Positions 18,652 through 26,532 are shown, numbered from the stretch's first letter. The stretch is 46,309 nt of DNA from an uncultured Dehalococcoidales bacterium (GCA_964616615.1 CAZTRJ010000004.1:1-46309), one strand, 5' to 3'. Program-made: numbers and translations. The notes: generated by a model not told the origin, from the letters alone.

Positions 18652-19559
18652 GAACCTACCTTGATTGCCTGCCCTGCCTGTTGAGCCAGGCTCTAAAGGC
18701 GGCGAGAGCAGCAACCGATGACGAGGGGGTCCACCGCCAGGTCATAGACGCAGTAGCCGCTATGATTCCACAGCTTTCGTTGGGCTTGAGACCACCGGAG
18801 ATAGCGCAGCAGGGCTACCGGCTAATTTACCAAATAACCAGAAATGATGACCCCTTCTACCAGGCAAAGGCTGAAGCTAACCAGGCGGCTTTAGCTCTTT
18901 ACCCACACCTCAAGCAGGTGGTGGCAGATTCAGAAGAGCCACTGCTCACGGCATGTAAGCTGGCTATAGGGGGCAACTCAATTGACCTTGGTCCCAATTT
19001 TGAGCAGGTTGATATGGATAGTATCGTGGCAACAGCCATAGCATCTCCGCCAGCTATCAATGACTATCAACAGTTCCGAAGCAGTATTAATAACTCACGG
19101 CACATCTTATACCTGGGAGACAATGCTGGTGAGATTGTGTTTGACCGTGTGCTCATTGAGGAGCTTCACCAGTTAAAGGAGCTGGAGATTGACTTTGTGG
19201 TAAGGGAAAGACCAATTATAAATGATGTCACATTAGATGATGCTATAACTGTGGGCATGGACCGGGCGGCCAGAATTATCTCCAGTGGCTCGGATGCTCC
19301 CGCCACCATTCTCTCTCAGTGCTCCTCTGAGATGCTAAAGCTCTATTATTCCGCCGACATAATAATCGCCAAAGGGCAGGGAAACTACGAGTCCTTGAAC
19401 GAGGAGCAGGGTAATATCTTCTTTCTGCTCAGGGCTAAGTGTCCCTTGGCAGCAGACTTGCTGGGGGTAAGCGTTGGCGATGCCATTCTGAGGCAAAATC
19501 CTGCCCGGGCTAAAGCTAAGGGTAACAAGGATTATCGAACAGAACCCCGAAAATTATGA
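18648..19559 (+). CDS. DUF89 / ARMT1-like metal-dependent phosphatase family protein
   Basis: MRTYLDCLPCLLSQALKAARAAT... and ...YLGDNAGEIVFD...IIAKGQGNYESL. TTG start overlaps the ferredoxin stop by 4 nt. Confidence 0.65.
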   Translation: MRTYLDCLPCLLSQALKAARAATDDEGVHRQVIDAVAAMIPQLSLGLRPPEIAQQGYRLIYQITRNDDPFYQAKAEANQAALALYPHLKQVVADSEEPLLTACKLAIGGNSIDLGPNFEQVDMDSIVATAIASPPAINDYQQFRSSINNSRHILYLGDNAGEIVFDRVLIEELHQLKELEIDFVVRERPIINDVTLDDAITVGMDRAARIISSGSDAPATILSQCSSEMLKLYYSADIIIAKGQGNYESLNEEQGNIFFLLRAKCPLAADLLGVSVGDAILRQNPARAKAKGNKDYRTEPRKL

Positions 19560-19695
19560 TACCCTCTACTTCTTTAGAAGTTCTCCTTGCTACGAATCAA
19601 CTCTAGAGTTATCATAACCGGAGAAATACTATAAAAAGCCAGGTCATTAACCAAGTGTATTACAACTATATAAGCTGAGGCAAAAAAGATAAGTC

Positions 19696-20415
19696 ATGTC
19701 CAATCAAGAATGGCCATCCCCAAAGTCAACAAGCACCACAGGGATTCCTTATCCCGGAGCAGCATTATTCGACCCCCTGGCATTGGCCTACGATAGCTGG
19801 TTTGATAGAGAGGGAAAAGTTATCTTCGATATCGAGGTGCGCGCCTTCCAGGAAATCCTAGCTTCTTTACCCCAACCCTGGCTTGAGGTTGGGGTGGGTA
19901 GTGGTCGCTTTGCTCAAGCCTTGGGCATAGACACCGGAATTGACCCTTCTATTAAACTATTGGAGATGGCTGGGAGGCGGGGAATTACTGTGCTCCTGGG
20001 AAGAGGAGAACAGCAAATTTTTAATGTGGCGACTTTCGGGACGGTGTTTCTGATAGTTACCCTTTGTTTTGTCGACTCGGCAACTGATGCTTTGAAAGAG
20101 TCCCGCCGCATTTTAGCACCTGGGGGGAAGATAGTATTAGGCTTGGTCTTAAAGGATAGTCCCTGGGGCAAATTCTATGAACAGAAGAAGAGGGAGGGGC
20201 ATCGTTTCTATAAATATGCCACCTTCTACCGGTATGATGAAGTGGTAACATTACTGGAAGAAGCTGGTTTTTTGATTGAGGAGGTTGTTTCAACACTTTT
20301 TCAAGAACCAGACAGGGTAGAACAGGTAGAATTACCACGGAGGGGCTTTGCTCCCGATGCCGGGTTTGTGATAATCATGGCTGGAGAGGGCGACGAAAGA
20401 CATGGCCAACTTTAA
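19696..20415 (+). CDS. Class I SAM-dependent methyltransferase
   Basis: Motif I LEVGVGSGRFA, and later LAPGGKIVLG. Confidence 0.7.
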   Translation: MSNQEWPSPKSTSTTGIPYPGAALFDPLALAYDSWFDREGKVIFDIEVRAFQEILASLPQPWLEVGVGSGRFAQALGIDTGIDPSIKLLEMAGRRGITVLLGRGEQQIFNVATFGTVFLIVTLCFVDSATDALKESRRILAPGGKIVLGLVLKDSPWGKFYEQKKREGHRFYKYATFYRYDEVVTLLEEAGFLIEEVVSTLFQEPDRVEQVELPRRGFAPDAGFVIIMAGEGDERHGQL

Positions 20416-20704
20416 TGAGATAGATGAGGCACGAAGGCTATTGGGATTGGGTGCAGCGGCGACACTGAAGGAAATTAAGTCCGCTTATAGGCGGATGGCT
20501 TTCCGCCATCATCCCGATATGCACACCGATAGCGATTCCACCGGGGACGAGGAGTTTATGAAAAGATTGAATTGGGCGTATAAACTCCTCATCGAGTACT
20601 GCCATGACTATAAGTATACCTTTCGTGAAGAGGATGTAGCCAGAACATACACTCATGACGAGTATCTAAGAAGATATTATCACGGATGGTTTGATGGTAT
20701 CTAA
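20402..20704 (+). CDS. Stand-alone J-domain (DnaJ-like) protein
   Basis: LKEIKSAYRRMAFRHHPDMH (HPD motif). 100 aa, with a 14-nt overlap with the methyltransferase gene. Confidence 0.7.
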   Translation: MANFNEIDEARRLLGLGAAATLKEIKSAYRRMAFRHHPDMHTDSDSTGDEEFMKRLNWAYKLLIEYCHDYKYTFREEDVARTYTHDEYLRRYYHGWFDGI

Positions 20705-20834
20705 TGCGGAAGAAAGGGGGTAATACGCTTGAGGTAATCGGCAAGAATCTAATCCGCATGGTTCTTAGGAAAGGAAATATACCCCCGATTTGAGTTAAGG
20801 AAATGAAAGGTTTCCACTAGCAACTCTACAGATA

Positions 20835-21233
20835 CTACTCCAGCAGAATTTGTTTAAGCTTTTCGAGAGCATTACGTTGTAACCGAGAGACGTGCATTTG
20901 GGAAATGCCTAGACGCTCCGCGATCTTGGTTTGAGATAGACCTTTGTAAAATTTCAAATGTATAATGGTCTTTTCCCGCTTAGCAAGTCTACGAACGGCA
21001 TCTGAGAGAGTTCCCCTATCTGCCAGCTTTTCAAATTCTGTATCCTCACTTGCCAGGTAATCCATAAGGCTTGAGGATTCTCCGTTACCGCCACTATCGT
21101 ATTCAGCATCTAAGGATAGTGGCTTACCCCGCTTATCCACTTCAAAGGTGTCATATACTTCCTCTTGTAACAACCCTGTTGCCTGAGCAATTTCTGTAAT
21201 AGTAGGCGACCGGCCCAATTTGTGGCTAAGCAC
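20835..21233 (-). CDS. C-terminal part (regions 3-4) of a SigB/SigF/SigG-group sigma-70 factor
   Basis: LGRSPTITEIAQATGLLQEEV... and IIHLKFYKGLSQTKIAERLGISQMHVSRLQRNALEKL. In frame with the ORF at 21261-21605. Confidence 0.8.
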   Translation of the reverse strand: MLSHKLGRSPTITEIAQATGLLQEEVYDTFEVDKRGKPLSLDAEYDSGGNGESSSLMDYLASEDTEFEKLADRGTLSDAVRRLAKREKTIIHLKFYKGLSQTKIAERLGISQMHVSRLQRNALEKLKQILLE

Positions 21234-21260
21234 TTCGACCGTTCTCTCTACTACGACCTT

Positions 21261-21590
21261 TTATCTCTGTAGCTTTCTAGGTATCTTAACTGCCCAGCCA
21301 TGATCACGGAAGTAATTCTTGACCTCCCCAACTATCACCGGGACAGCAAAGGCTACAAAACTGTCTCCTCGAGTCGGGTTATATTTCTCAATGGCTTTAA
21401 GTAATCCTATGCTTCCTACTTGAATGAGGTCTTCCGGGGGTTCACCTGAGCGGCTGAATCTTCTGCATAGCCGGCGCACCAGAGGTAAATGGCCTTCTAC
21501 CAAACGTTCCCGGGCTGTCATGTCCCTCGACTGCTGATACTGTTGGAGCAGTTGCTTGGTGTCTGATAGCGTGGAGTCCTTGATTCCCAT
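21261..21590 (-). CDS. N-terminal part (region 2) of the same sigma-70 factor, ending at in-frame TAA 21263-21261
   Basis: LVEGHLPLVRRLCRRF...DLIQVGSIGLLKAIEKYNP...FVAFAVPVIVGEVKNYFRDHGWAVKIPRKLQR*. ATG 21590 follows GGAGGT. ATG 21605 is an alternative start. Confidence 0.8.
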   Translation of the reverse strand: MGIKDSTLSDTKQLLQQYQQSRDMTARERLVEGHLPLVRRLCRRFSRSGEPPEDLIQVGSIGLLKAIEKYNPTRGDSFVAFAVPVIVGEVKNYFRDHGWAVKIPRKLQR

Positions 21591-21621
21591 TGCACCTACC
21601 TCCATATATACTCAATAAATA

Positions 21622-21721
21622 TAGACCCCAGCTTCCTTTACCCTCACTTATAGAGGGGCACTTCTCCAAAGTGCTGAAGCTGGGGTCTACCTGCTCAATA
21701 ACATAGGGGTAACCCTATGTT
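21622..21721. other. Structured intergenic element: a three-way junction (14-bp closing stem) plus a 9-bp hairpin
   Basis: P1 is 21622-21635 paired with 21676-21689 (perfect). P2 is 21641-21645/21653-21657. P3 is 21658-21663/21669-21674. A separate hairpin is 21700-21708/21713-21721 with a GTAA loop on the + strand. Confidence 0.4.
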
Positions 21722-21779
21722 CGCATGGCTAGAGCAGCCTACAGTGTCACAATTTCGCTCTCAAAACCGAGAGCTAGTC

Positions 21780-22109
21780 TCATGGCGACTTGCCATTTCT
21801 CTCTTTCAGGTAACTTTCATAGGCCTTCTCCATAGCAGCTACTACCGCTCTCTTAACGGGTCCACGGAAACGTCTTTGTATCTCATCTTTCGGACCGCTT
21901 AACGTTTGTTTAAGGTCATAACCAATAAGCAAATCGAGGATAAACTTCTGTCCTAGTCTCGGGATAGGGGAACAAGAAGCATTGACTATGAGGTCTGTGG
22001 TTAAGTCAACCTCTAGTTCTAAACTGAGAACGTCGGTCCCAGACCCTGAAACTATGTTTTCTGGCAACCTCGCGTAACCCACAAAAAGAAATGTTTCTCC
22101 CTTTTGCAT
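21780..22109 (-). CDS. Conserved small protein, possibly DUF3870-like (name uncertain)
   Basis: 109 aa, MQKGETFLFVGYARLPENIV...LELEVDLTTDLIVNASCSPIPRLGQKFI. It sits between the anti-sigma-like and sigma genes. Confidence 0.4.
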   Translation of the reverse strand: MQKGETFLFVGYARLPENIVSGSGTDVLSLELEVDLTTDLIVNASCSPIPRLGQKFILDLLIGYDLKQTLSGPKDEIQRRFRGPVKRAVVAAMEKAYESYLKERNGKSP

Positions 22110-22154
22110 GCTCGTATTTACCGTCTCCGGTCCCTGGCTCTAGCCAGGTTACTG

Positions 22155-22586
22155 TTATGTTCCTGTTATTAATCGGTACTTAACCATGCGGATTACAGTC
22201 TTACCGTCCACCTCGCTACCGAATTCCACTTCATCAACCAAACTCCTGAGTAACGCCAGGCTTTCCTCTCCTTCGTCAGTACTAAGAGAGCTTGTGTAGT
22301 CTTTTGGGCCCGCGATTAGAATCTCTATTTCATGAGGGTACACTGACAAGATGACAGCTAGCTCATTCACTTCTGAGACCCCGATTCCCGGCGTGACATG
22401 TTTGAGAGCCAAGTCAAATACTTCCGATACCGCCACGCGGAGCTGCATTATCTCGTCATAATTGAAAGATACGGCCCCAGCAACTACTCCTGTAGCTGCC
22501 CGAAGGATAGGTAAGTACTGGGGTTTTAATGGAAGTCGTAGCTCTATAGTGTCATTGGTCCAGCTTCCTCCAATTAATTTCTTCAT
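22155..22586 (-). CDS. RsbW/SpoIIAB-like anti-sigma factor with degenerate ATP-binding motifs
   Basis: IELRLPLKPQYLPILRAATGVVAG...MQLRVAVSEVFDLALKH...LLRSLVDEVEF...GKTVIRMVK. The overall pattern resembles HATPase_c_2, but the N-box Asn and the G-boxes are not recognisable. Confidence 0.5.
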   Translation of the reverse strand: MKKLIGGSWTNDTIELRLPLKPQYLPILRAATGVVAGAVSFNYDEIMQLRVAVSEVFDLALKHVTPGIGVSEVNELAVILSVYPHEIEILIAGPKDYTSSLSTDEGEESLALLRSLVDEVEFGSEVDGKTVIRMVKYRLITGT

Positions 22587-22625
22587 GTGTTGCTTCTTCG
22601 AGTCATCTATCTCTAGTTTCTATTT

Positions 22626-22649
22626 AAACCCTTCTGCAACTTTCTAAAC
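22626..22649 (-). promoter_or_regulatory. SigB-type promoter candidate: GTTTAG-N12-GGGTTT
   Basis: Reverse strand, -35 at 22649-22644 and -10 at 22631-22626, about 40 nt upstream of ATG 22586. The spacer is at the short end of the reported range. Confidence 0.25.
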
Positions 22650-22750
22650 CGTATTTTGCTAAACTCTGCTTGCGAATTTTTTGCCCGCCTAACATTAAGA
22701 TACATCGATTAAAAGGAACTTAACCTATTACTTCGATGCCAGCAGGCAAC

Positions 22751-22830
22751 TTTTAGCACATTTATCCACACTTGTCAACATTTATCCACAATTATCCACA
22801 CTTGTCAACATTTGTCAATACTTGATGTTT
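22751..22830 (+). promoter_or_regulatory. Array of eight 10-bp units that includes three perfect DnaA boxes (TTATCCACA)
   Basis: Perfect boxes at 22762-22770, 22782-22790 and 22792-22800. Degenerate TTGTCAACA/TTGTCAATA units lie at 22772, 22802 and 22812. A 20-bp super-unit is repeated at 22761 and 22791. Confidence 0.6.
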
Positions 22831-23361
22831 AGGTCATCGCAGAGAGGTTTAATTCAATTTCGGGGGAAAGAGTGTGGGCTTAGTTAGGCCTTCCAGGTAA
22901 AGAAAGACCCTAGGCCATCTGTGCGGAGAGACGGCTAAAGGTCGAAAGGATTCTTTCTCTGATAAAGACTCTTTCCCCCAAGATGTTATATGAAGATATG
23001 GGGAATAATTAGAAGGCTCCGTAGCCTGCTGATGCTCGAGGCTGTGGGGCTGTTGGTAGCTGCTTTAAACGGTTGCCAGCCTAGCCAAGCCTCAGCCGAG
23101 ACGATTGTTCTATATGGAAACTGGTTGAAGAGTTCAGTGATTAACATGTTTAAGCATCAGTAAAGCAAAGGAGGGTTGAGAACAAAACGGCAAGTAATTA
23201 AGAATTGGGACCGGCAGTAGCTGCACCGCGGCCAACGGCAAAGGCAAGTCCCCTCAACACATGTTTTGGGTAGCTCTCGGCTATCTGTCAGTCCCGTTTA
23301 TATTCTATCACTGCGGCGTTACTCTAGCAAACTGGAACAAGCAAGGAGGGAAGTCTCGAAG

Positions 23362-24645
23362 GTGAAGCTGGCGAAAGGAAGATCGGGAAACATTGTGCCT
23401 GAGATAGAAAGGGCTGATATTGCGGTACTGCTAAAAGACGAGTTGTTGATACAAGACCTGGGCAAAGCCTTGGTAGCGGATTGGGAAGCCCTTGAGCGTG
23501 AATTGCTTGGAATTCCGGAGCTGGAAAAGCACTATACAGGCTTGACCTGGCGTAGGTTATTCAAAAGCCCAGTGCTGGAAACCGGCACCATGGCTGTTGT
23601 GCTCATTGTGTCGTACGTAGCCATGGGGCTAATCGCCACCGGGATTGAGACACCCGCTGAGGGCATGTCTGCAGAGGTTATACTCGGCATACTCTTGGGG
23701 TGCTTCTTGTTGAGCTTCGCTATTGCCTTAGTCGCTGTGATTGCCGGCATTGGAGGAGGACTTATATTCACTCCCATTATGCTGGCTTTCACACCCATCA
23801 ACAGCGTAATAATCCGGGGGACGGGCCTCATAGTGGCCATGTTTAGTGGGCTAATATCGACGGGACCCTTTATGAGAAGCGGGCTGGCCAACCTCAAACT
23901 TGTCATCCTCTGTGCCTGTGCCTACGGACTAGCTGCATTTGCCGGCGCTCAGGGTGCGCTAGTGCTTTTTGAACGCATGGGGTCATCTGGCGACGCAATG
24001 GTCACAATTAGCCTCGGGGTCATCGTTCTATTCGTTAGTTTCTACTTCATCCGAGGGGGCACAAAAGTAGAATGGCCGGAAGTAAAGCAGGTAGACCGCT
24101 TCACACGATGGCTCAAACTTGCTCAGCCTTACTACGAAGAGTCTTTGGGTAAAGTTGTAGACTACAAGTTGACCAGGGCTTGGGGTGTGCTCCTCGCCAT
24201 TGCCGGGGTTGGGCTGATTTCCGGCTTCTTTGGTATAGGGGAAGGCTTTGCGGGAGTTCCTGCACTGAACCTCATCATGGGGGTTCCAGTCAAGGTAGCA
24301 TCTGCTTGCAGCGGGGTCCTACTCGGCCTGGGAGACTGTGTTGCGGTATGGCCATATCTGCAGGCTGGGGCCATACTACCAATATTCGTTGCTCCATGGT
24401 TGGTGGGACAGGTTCTGGGAGGAAGGGTGGGAGCACTTCTACTCATACGGATAAAAGCGGGGTTTGTAAGGTTCGTATTGATTGGGGTTCTGTTCTTTTC
24501 TGCCTTCTCGTTAATAACCAAAGGATTGTATGGTTTGGGTTACATCGGGGAGGTGCCCGGAGAAGTCTCCATAGGAGCGTTTATCGTTATCATGACCATC
24601 GTTGTCTTGGGCATCACGGGGAGACTCCCCAAGTTTAGGAGATAG
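23362..24645 (+). CDS. TSUP (TauE/SafE) family permease with an acidic soluble N-terminal extension
   Basis: VIAGIGGGLIFTPIML and GFFGIGEGFAGVPALNL repeats. GTG 23362 follows AAGGAGGG. The ORF-track start 23266 lacks an SD. Confidence 0.7.
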   Translation: MKLAKGRSGNIVPEIERADIAVLLKDELLIQDLGKALVADWEALERELLGIPELEKHYTGLTWRRLFKSPVLETGTMAVVLIVSYVAMGLIATGIETPAEGMSAEVILGILLGCFLLSFAIALVAVIAGIGGGLIFTPIMLAFTPINSVIIRGTGLIVAMFSGLISTGPFMRSGLANLKLVILCACAYGLAAFAGAQGALVLFERMGSSGDAMVTISLGVIVLFVSFYFIRGGTKVEWPEVKQVDRFTRWLKLAQPYYEESLGKVVDYKLTRAWGVLLAIAGVGLISGFFGIGEGFAGVPALNLIMGVPVKVASACSGVLLGLGDCVAVWPYLQAGAILPIFVAPWLVGQVLGGRVGALLLIRIKAGFVRFVLIGVLFFSAFSLITKGLYGLGYIGEVPGEVSIGAFIVIMTIVVLGITGRLPKFRR

Positions 24646-24647
24646 GA

Positions 24648-25070
24648 GTGATGGAAAACCCTAAAATCCAACGTTCACAAATTGTTTTCGGAGACATTGT
24701 TTACTGGCTTACTGTCGCAGCAGCGATAATCTGCATGGTAGGACCAGTGCTGGCATTCGCATCTATGGACGGTAATGCCCTAAACCCACATCACCTTTTC
24801 GCCGACGTGTGGGCTGGTACGGAGCCTGAGACTATCTGGGAAACAGCAGGTGAGGTAGAGACAGGGGCACATTACTTGGTGCGCAATGTTGCCGTCGGCG
24901 ATGGACTTACACAGCTTGGGCTAGTCCTCGGCTGCTCCGCTCCTATACCGGCAATGCTAGCTACAGCCATGGTATATGCATTCAAAGAAAGATCGCTTGG
25001 CTGGGCACTAGCGGCACTCTATATCGCCGGGCTGGTTTCTGTATCCGTTCTGGGCATAGCCATTGTTTAG
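24648..25070 (+). CDS. Small integral membrane protein, a TSUP-associated partner (DUF1634-like?)
   Basis: 140 aa with 3-4 hydrophobic helices. It starts 3 nt after the permease stop. Confidence 0.4.
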   Translation: MMENPKIQRSQIVFGDIVYWLTVAAAIICMVGPVLAFASMDGNALNPHHLFADVWAGTEPETIWETAGEVETGAHYLVRNVAVGDGLTQLGLVLGCSAPIPAMLATAMVYAFKERSLGWALAALYIAGLVSVSVLGIAIV

Positions 25071-25284
25071 TAAGTCAAGCGTGGGCGATATGGTGCTGTT
25101 CTCTGACTTTAAAGTCATAGCCAAAATATTGGAAGAGGAAGAACAAAAAATACCAAGCTTTCCCTTTAGTACAGCATGTTTAGGATAGACAGAGAAGGTT
25201 TAAACATATAAATAGCAGGAGCTTTTCCTTACAAAAGGTCCTAAAGATACAGGAAACCAACGAAGTCAGTGGGAGGTCAATAGA

Positions 25285-25698
25285 TTGAACAAGGCATTAC
25301 AAGGTGTAGTTCAAGAGATAACTCATAGCCTGGCACTGGAGATGGGTAGCCGTCAGTGTGTGGTAAGGCCTGACTCAGTAAGTATTGTCGATCTTTTGCT
25401 TCAGCAGATAGTCAAAGCGGTGGTGAGACAACTTAAGGAGACGAACGCCGGCGACGGCCCGTCCGACGAGGATGTTGAGGCAAAATTACAGAAGGTCGAG
25501 AGAAAGCTGGAGAAACTAGGCATCACCAGTCAAGATAAGGATGAGGATGAGGATGAGGCAGCTGGCACCGGAAGCAGCTTTCCCAATCTTAAATATGCCA
25601 GGCCTAAGTACAAGAACGTAGAGTCGATATTGAAGTATATAGAAACGGACGAAGACAAAGGGGGGGTCAAGCTGGTCATTATGAACTTTAACGACTAA
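25285..25698 (+). CDS. Hypothetical acidic protein
   Basis: TTG start follows GGGAGGT. It has a central D/E-rich stretch (DKDEDEDEAAG). No family recognised. Confidence 0.5.
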   Translation: MNKALQGVVQEITHSLALEMGSRQCVVRPDSVSIVDLLLQQIVKAVVRQLKETNAGDGPSDEDVEAKLQKVERKLEKLGITSQDKDEDEDEAAGTGSSFPNLKYARPKYKNVESILKYIETDEDKGGVKLVIMNFND

Positions 25699-25746
25699 GC
25701 AGACCATCAAGTTGAGCAGAACAAAATAAAAGTGAGGCTCCGGGTA

Positions 25747-26049
25747 ATGAACATAGTAAACCCGTTAGTAAGGTTACTAAAAGGTAGCAGAGGGACAAAT
25801 GAAGGCGAAGAGGGTCAATTTCTCATTCGGCTCAAAGAAGCAGATGACACGAATACCGTCTTGGAGCGAAACATCATAGAGTGCGCTGATGGTAGCTCAG
25901 TAGCAGAGATCTCACGCAGAATCTCAACGGGCGACCCGGTGTGGACTGCTTGGATTCAGAAATGGACGGGTGAAGCTTTGCAAAGTCTTGAGCAAAGAGG
26001 CTTTATCCGGATAGAAAAGCGACCAAAAAGCCCAAGGTCATGCAATTAA
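25747..26049 (+). CDS. Hypothetical small protein with a possible winged-helix C-terminus
   Basis: SVAEISRRIS...ALQSLEQRGFIRIEKR. Start is ATG 25747 or GTG 25732. Confidence 0.4.
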   Translation: MNIVNPLVRLLKGSRGTNEGEEGQFLIRLKEADDTNTVLERNIIECADGSSVAEISRRISTGDPVWTAWIQKWTGEALQSLEQRGFIRIEKRPKSPRSCN

Positions 26050-26139
26050 CAAGCACTGATAAGGATGTAGTCAAGACGATTGGCGAGCTAGCAGGCCCAG
26101 GGTGTATATGTCTAAAACCTAGTATCAAGGAGGGGTGAA

Positions 26140-26532
26140 ATGTCTGAGAGAGCAAAGAGGGAAAAGGCAAAAAGGGCAAAAACGAAAGAGGAGAGGGTGG
26201 CCAAAGAAGAAGCGGCTGAGGTGACAAGACCCAGCGCAGAGGAAAAGGGAGTGGAAGAAGAACCAAGGGAAGAGGCGGAGGAGGCAAGGGAACCAGCAAC
26301 AGAAATGCCTTCGGAAGAAGCGCGAGAGGAGCGGGAAGAGACGAGAGAACCGGTGGCAGAAGAACCACGCAAGGAGGTGGAAGAGGTAAAAGAATCGGTA
26401 GCAGAAATTCCCCCGGAAGAAGCTGCACCAGAAGAGAGGCCTACCCTCAAACATACAATCCTCATGCAATGCATGCAGATTCCCTCTTTCCGCACACGGG
26501 TAATATACTACATTGCCAAGAAATTACGATAG
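26140..26532 (+). CDS. Hypothetical E/K/R-rich low-complexity protein with a short hydrophobic C-terminal region
   Basis: ATG follows AAGGAGGGGTG. About 100 aa of EEPREEAEEAREP / EEAREEREETREP / EEPRKEVEEVKES-type imperfect repeats. Confidence 0.55.
   Translation: MSERAKREKAKRAKTKEERVAKEEAAEVTRPSAEEKGVEEEPREEAEEAREPATEMPSEEAREEREETREPVAEEPRKEVEEVKESVAEIPPEEAAPEERPTLKHTILMQCMQIPSFRTRVIYYIAKKLR

Noticed and set aside
22751-22830. CRISPR array or chromosomal origin
   Set aside because: It is not a CRISPR array because the units are 10 bp, contiguous and without spacers. The oriC reading is not supported from this window alone. There is no dnaA or dnaN, no clear AT-rich unwinding element, and gene orientation does not switch cleanly here. 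It is kept only as an alternative within the DnaA-box finding.
22990-23163. 57-codon ORF with a signal-peptide/lipobox-like N-terminus (MKIWGIIRRLRSLLMLEAVGLLVAALNGC...) in the long leader of the TSUP gene
   Set aside because: There is no SD upstream, the lipobox is atypical (N at -2), and no supporting conservation can be assessed. It is left uncalled.
25696-25746. A fourth in-frame TAA joining ORFs 25285-25698 and 25732-26049
   Set aside because: The frames do coincide. However, the downstream ORF has its own plausible GAGG, 9-nt spacer and ATG (25747), and the two parts show no evidence of being one domain. The same applies to the in-frame pairs 5876/6146, 15108/16128 and 16128/16593, which have their own SD and ATG.
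26150-26440. Purine-rich (GA) tract as a non-coding repeat, plus the three long reverse-strand ORFs over it (26003-26428, 26112-26495, 26125-26469)
   Set aside because: The forward frame has a strong SD and ATG and encodes a coherent E/K/R-rich protein. The reverse ORFs are low-complexity shadows of the same tract.
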